Part shown: piece by piece, positions 19,147-27,511 of the stretch
Layout: each line of letters starts with the position of its first letter
How positions within the stretch are numbered: position 1 is the first letter of the stretch
Source: an uncultured Bacteriovoracaceae bacterium
Lineage (GTDB): Bacteria; Bdellovibrionota; UBA1018
Length of the DNA stretch: 64,000 nucleotides
Reading direction: 5' to 3'
Assembly: GCA_964364175.1 (NCBI GenBank)
Contig: CAYILR010000020.1
Span: 7,302-71,301, forward strand
The notes under the pieces: model-generated
The model's input: only the letters and a program-made list of their open reading frames with translations
Databases searched by the model: none
What the model was told of the DNA's origin: nothing
Made by a program: the position numbers and the translations under genes

Positions 19147-20225
19147 AGAATGCACTGAGATTCAGAAAAAATCTGCTGGAGCCTCAGGAGGGCGAAGTGG
19201 CGCGGCTGAAAGTAGTGCAGGGTCCTGATTATGGATCGGTCTATGTTCTGCGAGGCAGCCCGGTGAGCATTGGGCGAGGGGAAGATTGCGACGTGATGTT
19301 GACCGATTTGAAAACATCGCGAAAGCACGCCACCGTGCACTTGACCGGAAATCACTGGACAGTCAAGGATCTGGGAAGCGCCAATGGGATCAAGGTGAAT
19401 GGTGAGCATTCGGCAGGTTCTCCCATCTACACTGGGGATAGCGTGGGTTTGGGTGAAACGATTCTAGAGTTTTTTACACGAGAATCAGATACTCGGTTGA
19501 TTGTTGCTGCCCCAAGAACTGTGACGGAGTTGCAATCCAGCCAGCAACTGCTGCTTGATCGAAAAAACGAAATCCGAGCAATCGGAAAAGTGAAAGGCCC
19601 CACTCGTGCTTCAGCTGCAGCGAGAGTTCAAACGGGGCCAGCTCCCGCTACTGACGCCAGTCCGGTCGAAAAAATTAAATTTTGGGTTCAGAACAATAAA
19701 AAAATAGCAATCGCTGGGGCAATTGGACTCGTGGTGCTCATGATGATGGGGGATGATCCGCCTAAAAAGAAGGTCGCAAAAAAGAAGCCGGAGGCAGAGA
19801 GGGATTTAGCGAATTTTTTGCCATCCGATGATCCCGTGATTGAGAAACAAGCAGATGTTTTTTTTCGGGCGGGTTGGCGAGAGTACCGCGAGATGAATTA
19901 CTTGCGTGCAAAGTCCGAGTTTGAAACGGTTCTGCAAATGGCCCCCGGCCATAAGATGGCGCGCTTGTATTTAGATAAATCGACTAAGTCCATAGAAGAG
20001 TTGGTTCAAAATCATTTGGGAAAAGGGAAAAAAAATCAGTCATCTGGAAAGCTGAAGGCAGCAAAAGGAAATTACGAAGCTGTGATGCGGCTGTTGTACA
20101 GAGACCAAACAAATTCTGCCTACGTGGAAGCAAAAGACCAATTAGAAAAAGTGATTAGAGAGATCAAAGGTGAAAAAGAACCGGCCCGTGCTCCAGCAGC
20201 AACGGACAAGGGGGGATCTAACTAA
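19143..20225 (+). CDS. FHA domain-containing protein
   Basis: It carries an FHA domain (VSIGRGEDCDV...SRKHATV...SANGIKVNG), a central TM helix and a TPR/coiled-coil-like C-terminus. Confidence 0.8.
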   Translation: MKNALRFRKNLLEPQEGEVARLKVVQGPDYGSVYVLRGSPVSIGRGEDCDVMLTDLKTSRKHATVHLTGNHWTVKDLGSANGIKVNGEHSAGSPIYTGDSVGLGETILEFFTRESDTRLIVAAPRTVTELQSSQQLLLDRKNEIRAIGKVKGPTRASAAARVQTGPAPATDASPVEKIKFWVQNNKKIAIAGAIGLVVLMMMGDDPPKKKVAKKKPEAERDLANFLPSDDPVIEKQADVFFRAGWREYREMNYLRAKSEFETVLQMAPGHKMARLYLDKSTKSIEELVQNHLGKGKKNQSSGKLKAAKGNYEAVMRLLYRDQTNSAYVEAKDQLEKVIREIKGEKEPARAPAATDKGGSN

Positions 20226-22492
20226 TGGGTGCAGCCGCACTTCTCACGATTAGTCGCAATGGCGAAAACATTCGATCTCAATCGATCGAAGGTGAGAGTG
20301 TGCTTGGCCGTTCTGACGATTGCGATATTCGCCTGGATGATCGCGCAGTATCACGGCAACACGCAGTTTTGCGGGTCGTTGGGGATGGAGTGCAAATTGA
20401 GAAAAAAAGTGATTTTGCTCCGTTGATAGTGAATGGGGCAGAATGCACGCAGGCGGTGGTCAAAGAGGGGGATGTCATTTCGATTGGTCCCTACTTGATG
20501 AGAATCGCTATGAGCAAAAAGGAAGCCGCGCCGTCGGCTGAAATTACACAAGCTACCGAGACACCGCAAACCCCAGAGGCGGCAGAGCCACCGGTTGACG
20601 GAGTTGCTGAGAATTCTGCCGAGGCACCTGCGCCCTCAGAGGAGGGAGTTGCCCAATCGACGCCGGCAGAAGGTGAATTTGCCACAGCAGAAGCTGTGGG
20701 AGTGGAGACTCCTGCTGGCGAAGTGCCATCGGATCAGCCCTCTGGATTTTTGGCCGATGATGGGGATGGAAAAACCCGGGTTGGAGCCTTGCCAAAAATT
20801 GTTGCCATGCTTCGCGTGACGGCTGGATTGAGTTCGCACGAGGAGCTCGCAATCAATAAACCTGAGATGACTATTGGTCGGGGTCAGAATTGTGATCTAG
20901 TGATTCAGGATAAAAAATCATCCAGAAAACATGCAGTCATCCGGCAAAGCGGAATCCGATACATCATCAAAGATCTGGATTCTGCCAACGGAACTTTGTT
21001 GAACGGGCAAGCCATTCAAGAGCACGAATTGTCCAGCGAGGATGTCATCAAGATTGGTGAAACTGAGATCAAGTTCCTCGCCTTGAATCAAGACTACGAA
21101 GAACAGAAGAAAGACTTCATTCAAGTGACTCCAGATTTGGATGAGATGCCTGCAGATGAGCCTGTGGACATGGGGCAGGGGCTCGCCCTGTCTGGGATGG
21201 AATCACTCGGCAATGCTCCGGGTCCATCTGTGGCAACACAGCAGACGGCATCCGGAACTGGCGGTTTGTCTGGAATGATTTCTGGAATTGCTGGATTAGG
21301 TGGTTCTGGGAAAACTCCAGGCAAGAAGCAGTCCTTGATGGAAAAATTCCGAGCCATGCCTCCCAAGCGCCAGGCAATTGTGGGTGCATTGGTGTTGGCG
21401 TTGCTCTGGTTTGTGTTTGAGGACGATCCAGAACCAGTCAAAAAGGTGAAAAAGAAAAATGCAGCAGTTGCAACGAATGGAGCGCCTGGATCCGCTGCAT
21501 CGGGATTGCCTGTGGATGCAGAGACCAAGCGACGGATGGATTTTCAAAGGCTGACCGGTGAGCAGAAAAAATTCATCGAGGCACAGTATGCCCTGGCATT
21601 TGATTATTATCGTAATAAAGAATACGACAAAACTTTGTTCGAATTAGAGAAAATTTTTGTCTTGGTTCAGGACTACGAGCGCGCCAGAGAGATCGAGAGT
21701 TACGCGAAAGAAGGCAAACGCAAAACGGAAGCCCTCCAAGAAGAAAAGCGCCGAAAAGACGAGGAAGAAAAGTTCAAGAAAAAGGTCCAGGAATTTGAAA
21801 AAGACCTGCAAGCTTCGGTCAATAAAAAGGACTACGAGAAGGCCAAAGAAATCATGGCTGAGCTATTGACCCTCGATCCTGAGAACGCCGGCGTAAAAAG
21901 CGCCAAAAAAGCGATCGAAGCATTTGAAGACCAAAAGCGCATGGAAGAGCAGCAAAAACAAGTGCAGATGGAAATCAATACTCGAGCCAAGGACATGTAC
22001 AAGCAATCGAAAAAATACCAAGACGAAGGCCGCTGCTATGATGCGATGGACGGAGTTCAGAAAATTGGGGAAATTGGTGCCACTGAGCTGGAGCCCATCG
22101 AGCAGGCGAAAAAATTGATCACTGAATGCCAAAGCTCCATTCGAAAAAGGCGGGATCCGATTCTTGCGAAGGCTAAGCAGAAAGAACAGGCTGGCGAATA
22201 CCGGGAGGCTTTCGAGCTTTATCGAAAAGCTACCCGCGCAGATCCTCGGCACGGAGCTGGCTATGCAGGAATGAATCGGATCCGAGACACACTTCACCAG
22301 ATGGCGAAGATCATTTACACGGAAGGTGTGTTTGCTGAGAGCTACAGCGATTTCAAGATAGCGCAGGATAAATTCAGAGAGTGCATGTCCGTGGCCCCAG
22401 AAGATGATCATTACTACGAGGTTGCAAAAAAACGCCTCGCTAAATATCTCCGCGTTTCGAAACGTAAACCCGCAGAGGAAAGTGCAAAATGA
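20225..22492 (+). CDS. Protein with two FHA domains, a TM helix and a long coiled-coil/TPR-like tail
   Basis: The first FHA domain is VLGRSDDCDIRL...SRQHAVL and the second is MTIGRGQNCDLVI...SRKHAVI...SANGTLLNG. Between them lies a Pro/Ala/Glu-rich linker. Confidence 0.8.
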   Translation: MGAAALLTISRNGENIRSQSIEGESVLGRSDDCDIRLDDRAVSRQHAVLRVVGDGVQIEKKSDFAPLIVNGAECTQAVVKEGDVISIGPYLMRIAMSKKEAAPSAEITQATETPQTPEAAEPPVDGVAENSAEAPAPSEEGVAQSTPAEGEFATAEAVGVETPAGEVPSDQPSGFLADDGDGKTRVGALPKIVAMLRVTAGLSSHEELAINKPEMTIGRGQNCDLVIQDKKSSRKHAVIRQSGIRYIIKDLDSANGTLLNGQAIQEHELSSEDVIKIGETEIKFLALNQDYEEQKKDFIQVTPDLDEMPADEPVDMGQGLALSGMESLGNAPGPSVATQQTASGTGGLSGMISGIAGLGGSGKTPGKKQSLMEKFRAMPPKRQAIVGALVLALLWFVFEDDPEPVKKVKKKNAAVATNGAPGSAASGLPVDAETKRRMDFQRLTGEQKKFIEAQYALAFDYYRNKEYDKTLFELEKIFVLVQDYERAREIESYAKEGKRKTEALQEEKRRKDEEEKFKKKVQEFEKDLQASVNKKDYEKAKEIMAELLTLDPENAGVKSAKKAIEAFEDQKRMEEQQKQVQMEINTRAKDMYKQSKKYQDEGRCYDAMDGVQKIGEIGATELEPIEQAKKLITECQSSIRKRRDPILAKAKQKEQAGEYREAFELYRKATRADPRHGAGYAGMNRIRDTLHQMAKIIYTEGVFAESYSDFKIAQDKFRECMSVAPEDDHYYEVAKKRLAKYLRVSKRKPAEESAK

Positions 22493-23211
22493 ACTTACCT
22501 GTCAAAGCACAGGCTGTCTTTCATTCGCCAGGGAAAAGGAAAATCCAGGAGGATTTCGCTTTGAGCATGCCTCAGAAATCTATCTTTGTCATGTGTGACG
22601 GATTTGGAGGAGGAAACTCTGGAATTCAAGCAGCGAAATCCGCTTGCGATTCTGTAAAAGGGTTTTTGGAGAAAGAGGCGGGGGATTTAGAGGCGACTCT
22701 TCCATTCGTGCTGCGAAGCTACTACTCATTGGCCGGAAATGTTTTGTTTAATGCTCTGATTCACGCAAATCGGAAGGTCAATCTGCTGAACAAGGGCAAG
22801 AATGTTCATGAAAAAGGCGGAGCTTCTGTGCTGGCCGGATTCATGGATGGGGATTTGCTGGCTTTGGCAAATGTCGGAGCCTGCACAGCATGGCTAATCA
22901 GGGATGGGGGTGCTACCGAGATCGTTGTGCCCAGAACGTATGGACGATTGGTGAATCCATTTCATGATGGCCCTGATTTGTACGGCCAAGCGCCTCTCAT
23001 GGCTGTAGGGATGGGCGAGGATGTTGAGCCGGAGATTTTTGAATGCAGGTTGCATTCAGGGGATTGCGTTCTTCTGATGACCGATGGGGTTACAGCTGAA
23101 GAGCGGGGTAAACTATTTCAGTTGATTCCGGATGGTCCTCAGGCCATCGAAAAAAATCTGAAAAATCAAAAATTTGATGACAATGCCTCTGTTTTAGCCA
23201 TTTATTTCTAA
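22489..23211 (+). CDS. PP2C-family Ser/Thr protein phosphatase
   Basis: It has the PP2C motifs MCDGFGGGNSG and LLMTDGV, and it overlaps the preceding FHA gene by 4 bp. Confidence 0.8.
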   Translation: MNLPVKAQAVFHSPGKRKIQEDFALSMPQKSIFVMCDGFGGGNSGIQAAKSACDSVKGFLEKEAGDLEATLPFVLRSYYSLAGNVLFNALIHANRKVNLLNKGKNVHEKGGASVLAGFMDGDLLALANVGACTAWLIRDGGATEIVVPRTYGRLVNPFHDGPDLYGQAPLMAVGMGEDVEPEIFECRLHSGDCVLLMTDGVTAEERGKLFQLIPDGPQAIEKNLKNQKFDDNASVLAIYF

Positions 23212-23280
23212 TCAATTTTATTCAATTCTGAAGGTTCGCGAGGGCTCTCAAGTATTTTCGTTTTCACTCCGATGGATTAA

Positions 23281-24348
23281 TTGGAGAGCTATCTTATGAA
23301 CGGTGATCGTATAAACTATTATCGAGCGGGTTGGGTGACTCTTATCCTATTGCAGACATCAGTGCCTGCGTGGGCTGTGAGTGTCGATAGTGCCTTCGGA
23401 ATCAGGATGACGGGCGCCGTTCCGGCGGGCTGCCCCTATGATGAGGTTTCCAGAAAATTGGTGCGAAAAGATCTTGAGGATCAATATGGTAGCTTAAATC
23501 AAAAGCCAAGCAAGAAGGAAGATGAAGAGGACCCAGTTGATAGTCCTACGGTAATCAATCTGACTCAGTATTATCGATCGATTTGTGAGAACACGACCAC
23601 AGCAATGAACGATGTTTTGACTGCTATTCAAGAGACTCAGTTGGATAGAACGCTTTGTATCGCATTGAATAATCCGAATGGCCCAATTAAGCAGAATGTA
23701 TTTCAGAATAAATTTAATTTAGAGATGAGACGTCGATTTACTGCAAGAAGATTCCCATCTGGCCCTGTGGGGAATGAAGGAGCGAGGTATGAGGGACAGA
23801 CTGATATTGGTTTCAGTGCAGAGATGAGAGAATGGGGTTACACTGAGTTTGCGCATGGATATAATAAAAATTATGTTGTGAAAATTTGTACCAATTCATT
23901 GATTAGTACGAAACCTCCTAGGTCTAGGCGCATTTCGGTTCCTGGTCCTTCTGTTGATAATCAATATTGTGTTGATGTAAAATTAATAGACAAATTGAAA
24001 TGCGAGGGTAATTCCCCAAAACCGTTGGAATTGTATCAGACGGGGGATGTTTGTAAAAATTTTCCAGGCATTCCGGACGATGTTAAAAATGGTGCTTTTG
24101 GTCCGAGTGTAGCGGTAGGAAGCTCGCTGGAAAATTTCCTGCTTGCTAGTGGATATCCTCAGGCGTGCATTGATTTGGATAAGCAAGAACCGATCGGTGA
24201 ACAGAAAAAAGACAGCAGCGGCTCATCAGTCAGCGGGAGCATGCGCAAGCGCATCGAAGATCGCGGAGTGGTTTATCAAGAAGAAAGTTCTGGAAGGGCG
24301 TCCCGCGCTCCCTCATCAAAGAGGCGTGTCAAAACGGACACAGAGTGA
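23281..24348 (+). CDS. Secreted Cys-rich hypothetical protein
   Basis: It has a signal peptide and many cysteines. I recognise no known domain. Confidence 0.45.
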   Translation: MESYLMNGDRINYYRAGWVTLILLQTSVPAWAVSVDSAFGIRMTGAVPAGCPYDEVSRKLVRKDLEDQYGSLNQKPSKKEDEEDPVDSPTVINLTQYYRSICENTTTAMNDVLTAIQETQLDRTLCIALNNPNGPIKQNVFQNKFNLEMRRRFTARRFPSGPVGNEGARYEGQTDIGFSAEMREWGYTEFAHGYNKNYVVKICTNSLISTKPPRSRRISVPGPSVDNQYCVDVKLIDKLKCEGNSPKPLELYQTGDVCKNFPGIPDDVKNGAFGPSVAVGSSLENFLLASGYPQACIDLDKQEPIGEQKKDSSGSSVSGSMRKRIEDRGVVYQEESSGRASRAPSSKRRVKTDTE

Positions 24349-24369
24349 GAATCAATGAAGGAACTTTAC

Positions 24370-24399
24370 TTGACAAATTATATACAATATTCATATAAT
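24370..24399 (+). promoter_or_regulatory. Near-consensus sigma-70 promoter for the first flp pilin gene
   Basis: TTGACA lies at 24370-24375 and TATAAT at 24394-24399, separated by an 18-bp spacer. An RBS GGAAGGAG lies 5 nt before the ATG at 24423. Confidence 0.5.
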
Positions 24400-24422
24400 A
24401 ATAGTGTAGGGAAGGAGAACGT

Positions 24423-24614
24423 ATGAGCATCCAAGCATTTCTCAAAAAGCTTTGGAAAGACGATCAGGGGCAATCGACGACGGAATACATCCTGATTCTT
24501 TCTGTGGTCGTGATGATCGCGATGAAATTCAGAAAAGAATTCGGCGACCGTTTGACCAAAATCACGGGTAAACTCGGTGAAGAAATTGAATCACAAACTT
24601 CTCAGGGCAACTAG
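24423..24614 (+). CDS. flp: Flp family type IVb pilin
   Basis: The 63-aa product carries the Flp motif GQSTTEYILIL and a hydrophobic stretch. Confidence 0.8.
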   Translation: MSIQAFLKKLWKDDQGQSTTEYILILSVVVMIAMKFRKEFGDRLTKITGKLGEEIESQTSQGN

Positions 24615-24807
24615 CAGGCTCTTGAAGGACGAAAGCGGCCAAGCAATCACGGAGTACATGCTCCTCTTATCAGCATGTGTTGTAGGTGCAGCTACGTTTA
24701 CTCGCAAATTGCTCGGAGTTCTGGATTTAGGGATCGCACGTCTGGGCGGACAACTCGAACAAGATCTTAAAACCGGAAGGACTGGCTTGAGTGCATGGAA
24801 AAACTGA
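24577..24807 (+). CDS. Flp family pilin, second paralog
   Basis: It carries the motif GQAITEYMLLL. The annotated ATG overlaps flp-1, so the true start may be a downstream TTG. Confidence 0.6.
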   Translation: MKKLNHKLLRATSRLLKDESGQAITEYMLLLSACVVGAATFTRKLLGVLDLGIARLGGQLEQDLKTGRTGLSAWKN

Positions 24808-25336
24808 GCTTTTTCAAGGCGCAGTCATTGCCATCTCGCTCTTAGCAGCGGGATCGGATTTGGTTCGAGGAAAAATTTACAACTTATTGACCATACCAGC
24901 CCTCATCGCTGGTGTGGTTTTTTCGTTTTGGGTGGGAGGCTGGGAGGCTGGGCTCAACAGTGGGCTTGGAATCGCGGCCGGATTGCTCCTCTATGGCTGG
25001 ATGTTTTGGATTGGAGTCATGGGAGGCGGGGACGTGAAGCTGCTCATGGCATTGGGTGCTTGGGGAGGAATAGGCTATGTCGTTGAAACAGGTTTGGTTG
25101 CTGTTTTTCTGGGTGGGTTGTTAGGAGCCATTACCCTTGTTTTCAAGGGTCGAATGAAAAGTTTCATTGAGAAAATCAGGATGACATTGATGAGCGTGGT
25201 CGTGAAGCAGCTCGAATATATCCCTCCGAAAATCGATTACAAATTGACGATGCCCTACGGAGTTCCTATTGCCATCGCGGCGATTTGGTCAGCATTCGCG
25301 GACCCACTGGCTCAGCTGGGATTGAAACTATGGTGA
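24791..25336 (+). CDS. cpaA: Prepilin peptidase CpaA/TadV (A24 family)
   Basis: It is a multi-TM protein with the conserved motif GGGDVKLL. Confidence 0.8.
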   Translation: MHGKTELFQGAVIAISLLAAGSDLVRGKIYNLLTIPALIAGVVFSFWVGGWEAGLNSGLGIAAGLLLYGWMFWIGVMGGGDVKLLMALGAWGGIGYVVETGLVAVFLGGLLGAITLVFKGRMKSFIEKIRMTLMSVVVKQLEYIPPKIDYKLTMPYGVPIAIAAIWSAFADPLAQLGLKLW

Positions 25337-25605
25337 GAGACAGAAAAGACTCAGAGAGCGGTCAGGCTATCGTCGAGTATATTCTGATGATGTCCGTCGT
25401 TGTGATGGGTTTCATGCTGCTCTCTCGTGGATTGGTTAAAATTAAATTTGCGGAAAAGATGATGAGTCCGATTACCGGAACCTATGCTCGAACCTACCAA
25501 TACGGCCATCCCAAGGGAAAAGGTTATGACGATGGGGGTCCAGAAAATCATCCCCGTGCGAGGGGCGGCAATAATTTCCGACTATTTTTAAATCCAAGAT
25601 GGTGA
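25330..25605 (+). CDS. Flp/TadE-like prepilin, third paralog, with an extended C-terminus
   Basis: The ORF track starts at 25285, but the likely start is MVRDRKD at 25330. It carries the motif SGQAIVEYILMM. Confidence 0.5.
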   Translation: MVRDRKDSESGQAIVEYILMMSVVVMGFMLLSRGLVKIKFAEKMMSPITGTYARTYQYGHPKGKGYDDGGPENHPRARGGNNFRLFLNPRW

Positions 25606-26174
25606 AAAAATTAGATCAGATGAGATTCAGTAAACGCCGTAAAAAAAATGAATCGGGGCAAACCACAGTCGAATTTGCCCTGACTTTGGTTTTTGCGATG
25701 TCGGTCGTATTTTTTTACATCCAGCTCAGCCTGGTTTTGGCTTTTAGTAATTATGTCCAATACGCCACTTTTATGGCAGCGAGAGCCTACTATGCGGGAA
25801 GTGCTTCGCACGGTGATCAAATCAAAAGAGCAGAAAATGTCATCAAGCGTATGCTCAAAAGGGGCGTTGACGCCCCCGGAGCAGATCGATTTCCGTCTAT
25901 AGCCAAAGGTACTGGAGATGGCGATCTCAAAGGTGCTAAAATCGGACCTCATGACAAATTTAGCCCGACAACAAGGGACTATAGTTGGCTGGAGGGAGTC
26001 CGATACACATTTAGGAGCCGCATTTTCATGATCCCCATGGGGGGGTCTCAGAAAAGTGACAAGGTCAATTCTGTGACACTAACGTCGGAAAGCTGGCTCG
26101 GACGGGAACCTTCGGTAGATGATTGTGCTGGATACATGTCAACATTCCCAGCGATTATTGACAACGGCTGCTGA
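25599..26174 (+). CDS. TadE-like pseudopilin
   Basis: The N-terminal TadE-like motif is GQTTVEFALTL followed by a TM segment. Confidence 0.65.
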   Translation: MVKKLDQMRFSKRRKKNESGQTTVEFALTLVFAMSVVFFYIQLSLVLAFSNYVQYATFMAARAYYAGSASHGDQIKRAENVIKRMLKRGVDAPGADRFPSIAKGTGDGDLKGAKIGPHDKFSPTTRDYSWLEGVRYTFRSRIFMIPMGGSQKSDKVNSVTLTSESWLGREPSVDDCAGYMSTFPAIIDNGC

Positions 26175-26685
26175 CGAGGCAGGCCAAAGTGTCATTGAAT
26201 TTATTTTCATGCTGCCGCTGATGGTGGGCATGGCCGTTATTCTTCTTCGGGTCAATACGGTGATTCAAATTGGAATCGTGAATCAGAAATATGCGCGTGC
26301 GCAAGCACTTTGGATGGCATTCAATAGTGCGTATTATCCAAGGGCCGAGGACGTTATAAAAGATTTTATACCCAACAAATATAATAAAATGGTCATTGGT
26401 GTTGGGGGCGAGCAAATCCCTGAAGAGGGGCTTGGAGTTCCTCCCGCTAGCACCTACAAAATTGCCAGAACCAAACGAACAGAAAAAATTGGTAGCACTG
26501 CCGATCAAGAAGAACCGAAAGAACGAATCGAGGTTCGAGTGAGAAATACGGTCACGCTTTGCACGCAGCTCAATTTTTTCAGGATCGGCACTACTGAAAC
26601 ACCCGCGAACCCGGCCAATCCTGAATATCGCGTTCCACCCGAGGGCGTGGGAATGGATTTCTGTAGGGGGCCAAGTGAACAATAA
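26119..26685 (+). CDS. TadE/TadF-like pseudopilin
   Basis: It carries GQSVIEFIFMLPLMV. The annotated start overlaps the upstream gene by 56 bp, so the real start is likely the TTG at about 26158. Confidence 0.6.
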   Translation: MIVLDTCQHSQRLLTTAADEAGQSVIEFIFMLPLMVGMAVILLRVNTVIQIGIVNQKYARAQALWMAFNSAYYPRAEDVIKDFIPNKYNKMVIGVGGEQIPEEGLGVPPASTYKIARTKRTEKIGSTADQEEPKERIEVRVRNTVTLCTQLNFFRIGTTETPANPANPEYRVPPEGVGMDFCRGPSEQ

Positions 26686-27511
26686 AGCATTAACTCTTTC
26701 GCTCGTCATGGCAGTCATCGCGGTGTTTTTCGTGCAAAGCTACGTCACGAGCATCGAGGAAGAGGCGCGCAAAAAATTTGGGACCGAGGTTCTTGTGGTC
26801 AAGGCGAAACGAGACATCAAGGAGCAAGAGACCATCAACGAAACGCATTTGCAGCTAGTGGCCATCCCAAAAACATTTCTGGAACCTGCATCCGTGTTCT
26901 TTGAGAAAAAAGAAGAAGATGCTGAGTCCCGCAAGGGCATGGCTGCGCTTTCTGGAACGGTTGCGATGGTACCGATCAAAAGTGGTGAGCAAATGACTTA
27001 CAACAAAATCGTGGAGCCGAGCATACGCACTGGGCTGGCTCCGCAGATTGCTCCAGGACGCAGAGCGATCTCTGTCACAGTGAGCGATGTCACCGGAGTC
27101 TCAAAATTAGTTAAACCCGGCGATCGGATCGATCTGGTGGCCGTGATGGACACAGGGGGCGGGAAAGAAAACAGAATTGCAAAAACCATCCTTCAGGACG
27201 TTGTAATTTTGGCAGTGGGGAAGAACGTGACCAATAACGTTCCACGCATTCTTCAGGATGATGGTTCAGGTAAACCTAGGGTCAAATCATTGGTAGAGGA
27301 CACAAGCTTCGGAACCATCACATTGGAGCTCGATCCCACCCAAAGCCAGGCACTGGCACTGGTCATGACTAACTCCGAAAACGTTTTGGTGGTGACACTC
27401 AGGAACAATGACGACATCGATCGTCAGGCAACCGGTGTCACTACTTTGAATGATGTTTTGGGTGCAGATGTTGCAAAGCGGGCACCCGCAGGAGCAGGTG
27501 GAAAAAAATGA
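26675..27511 (+). CDS. cpaB: Flp pilus assembly protein CpaB/RcpC
   Basis: It has an N-terminal TM anchor followed by a SAF-like domain and a CpaB C-terminal domain. Confidence 0.8.
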   Translation: MNNKALTLSLVMAVIAVFFVQSYVTSIEEEARKKFGTEVLVVKAKRDIKEQETINETHLQLVAIPKTFLEPASVFFEKKEEDAESRKGMAALSGTVAMVPIKSGEQMTYNKIVEPSIRTGLAPQIAPGRRAISVTVSDVTGVSKLVKPGDRIDLVAVMDTGGGKENRIAKTILQDVVILAVGKNVTNNVPRILQDDGSGKPRVKSLVEDTSFGTITLELDPTQSQALALVMTNSENVLVVTLRNNDDIDRQATGVTTLNDVLGADVAKRAPAGAGGKK

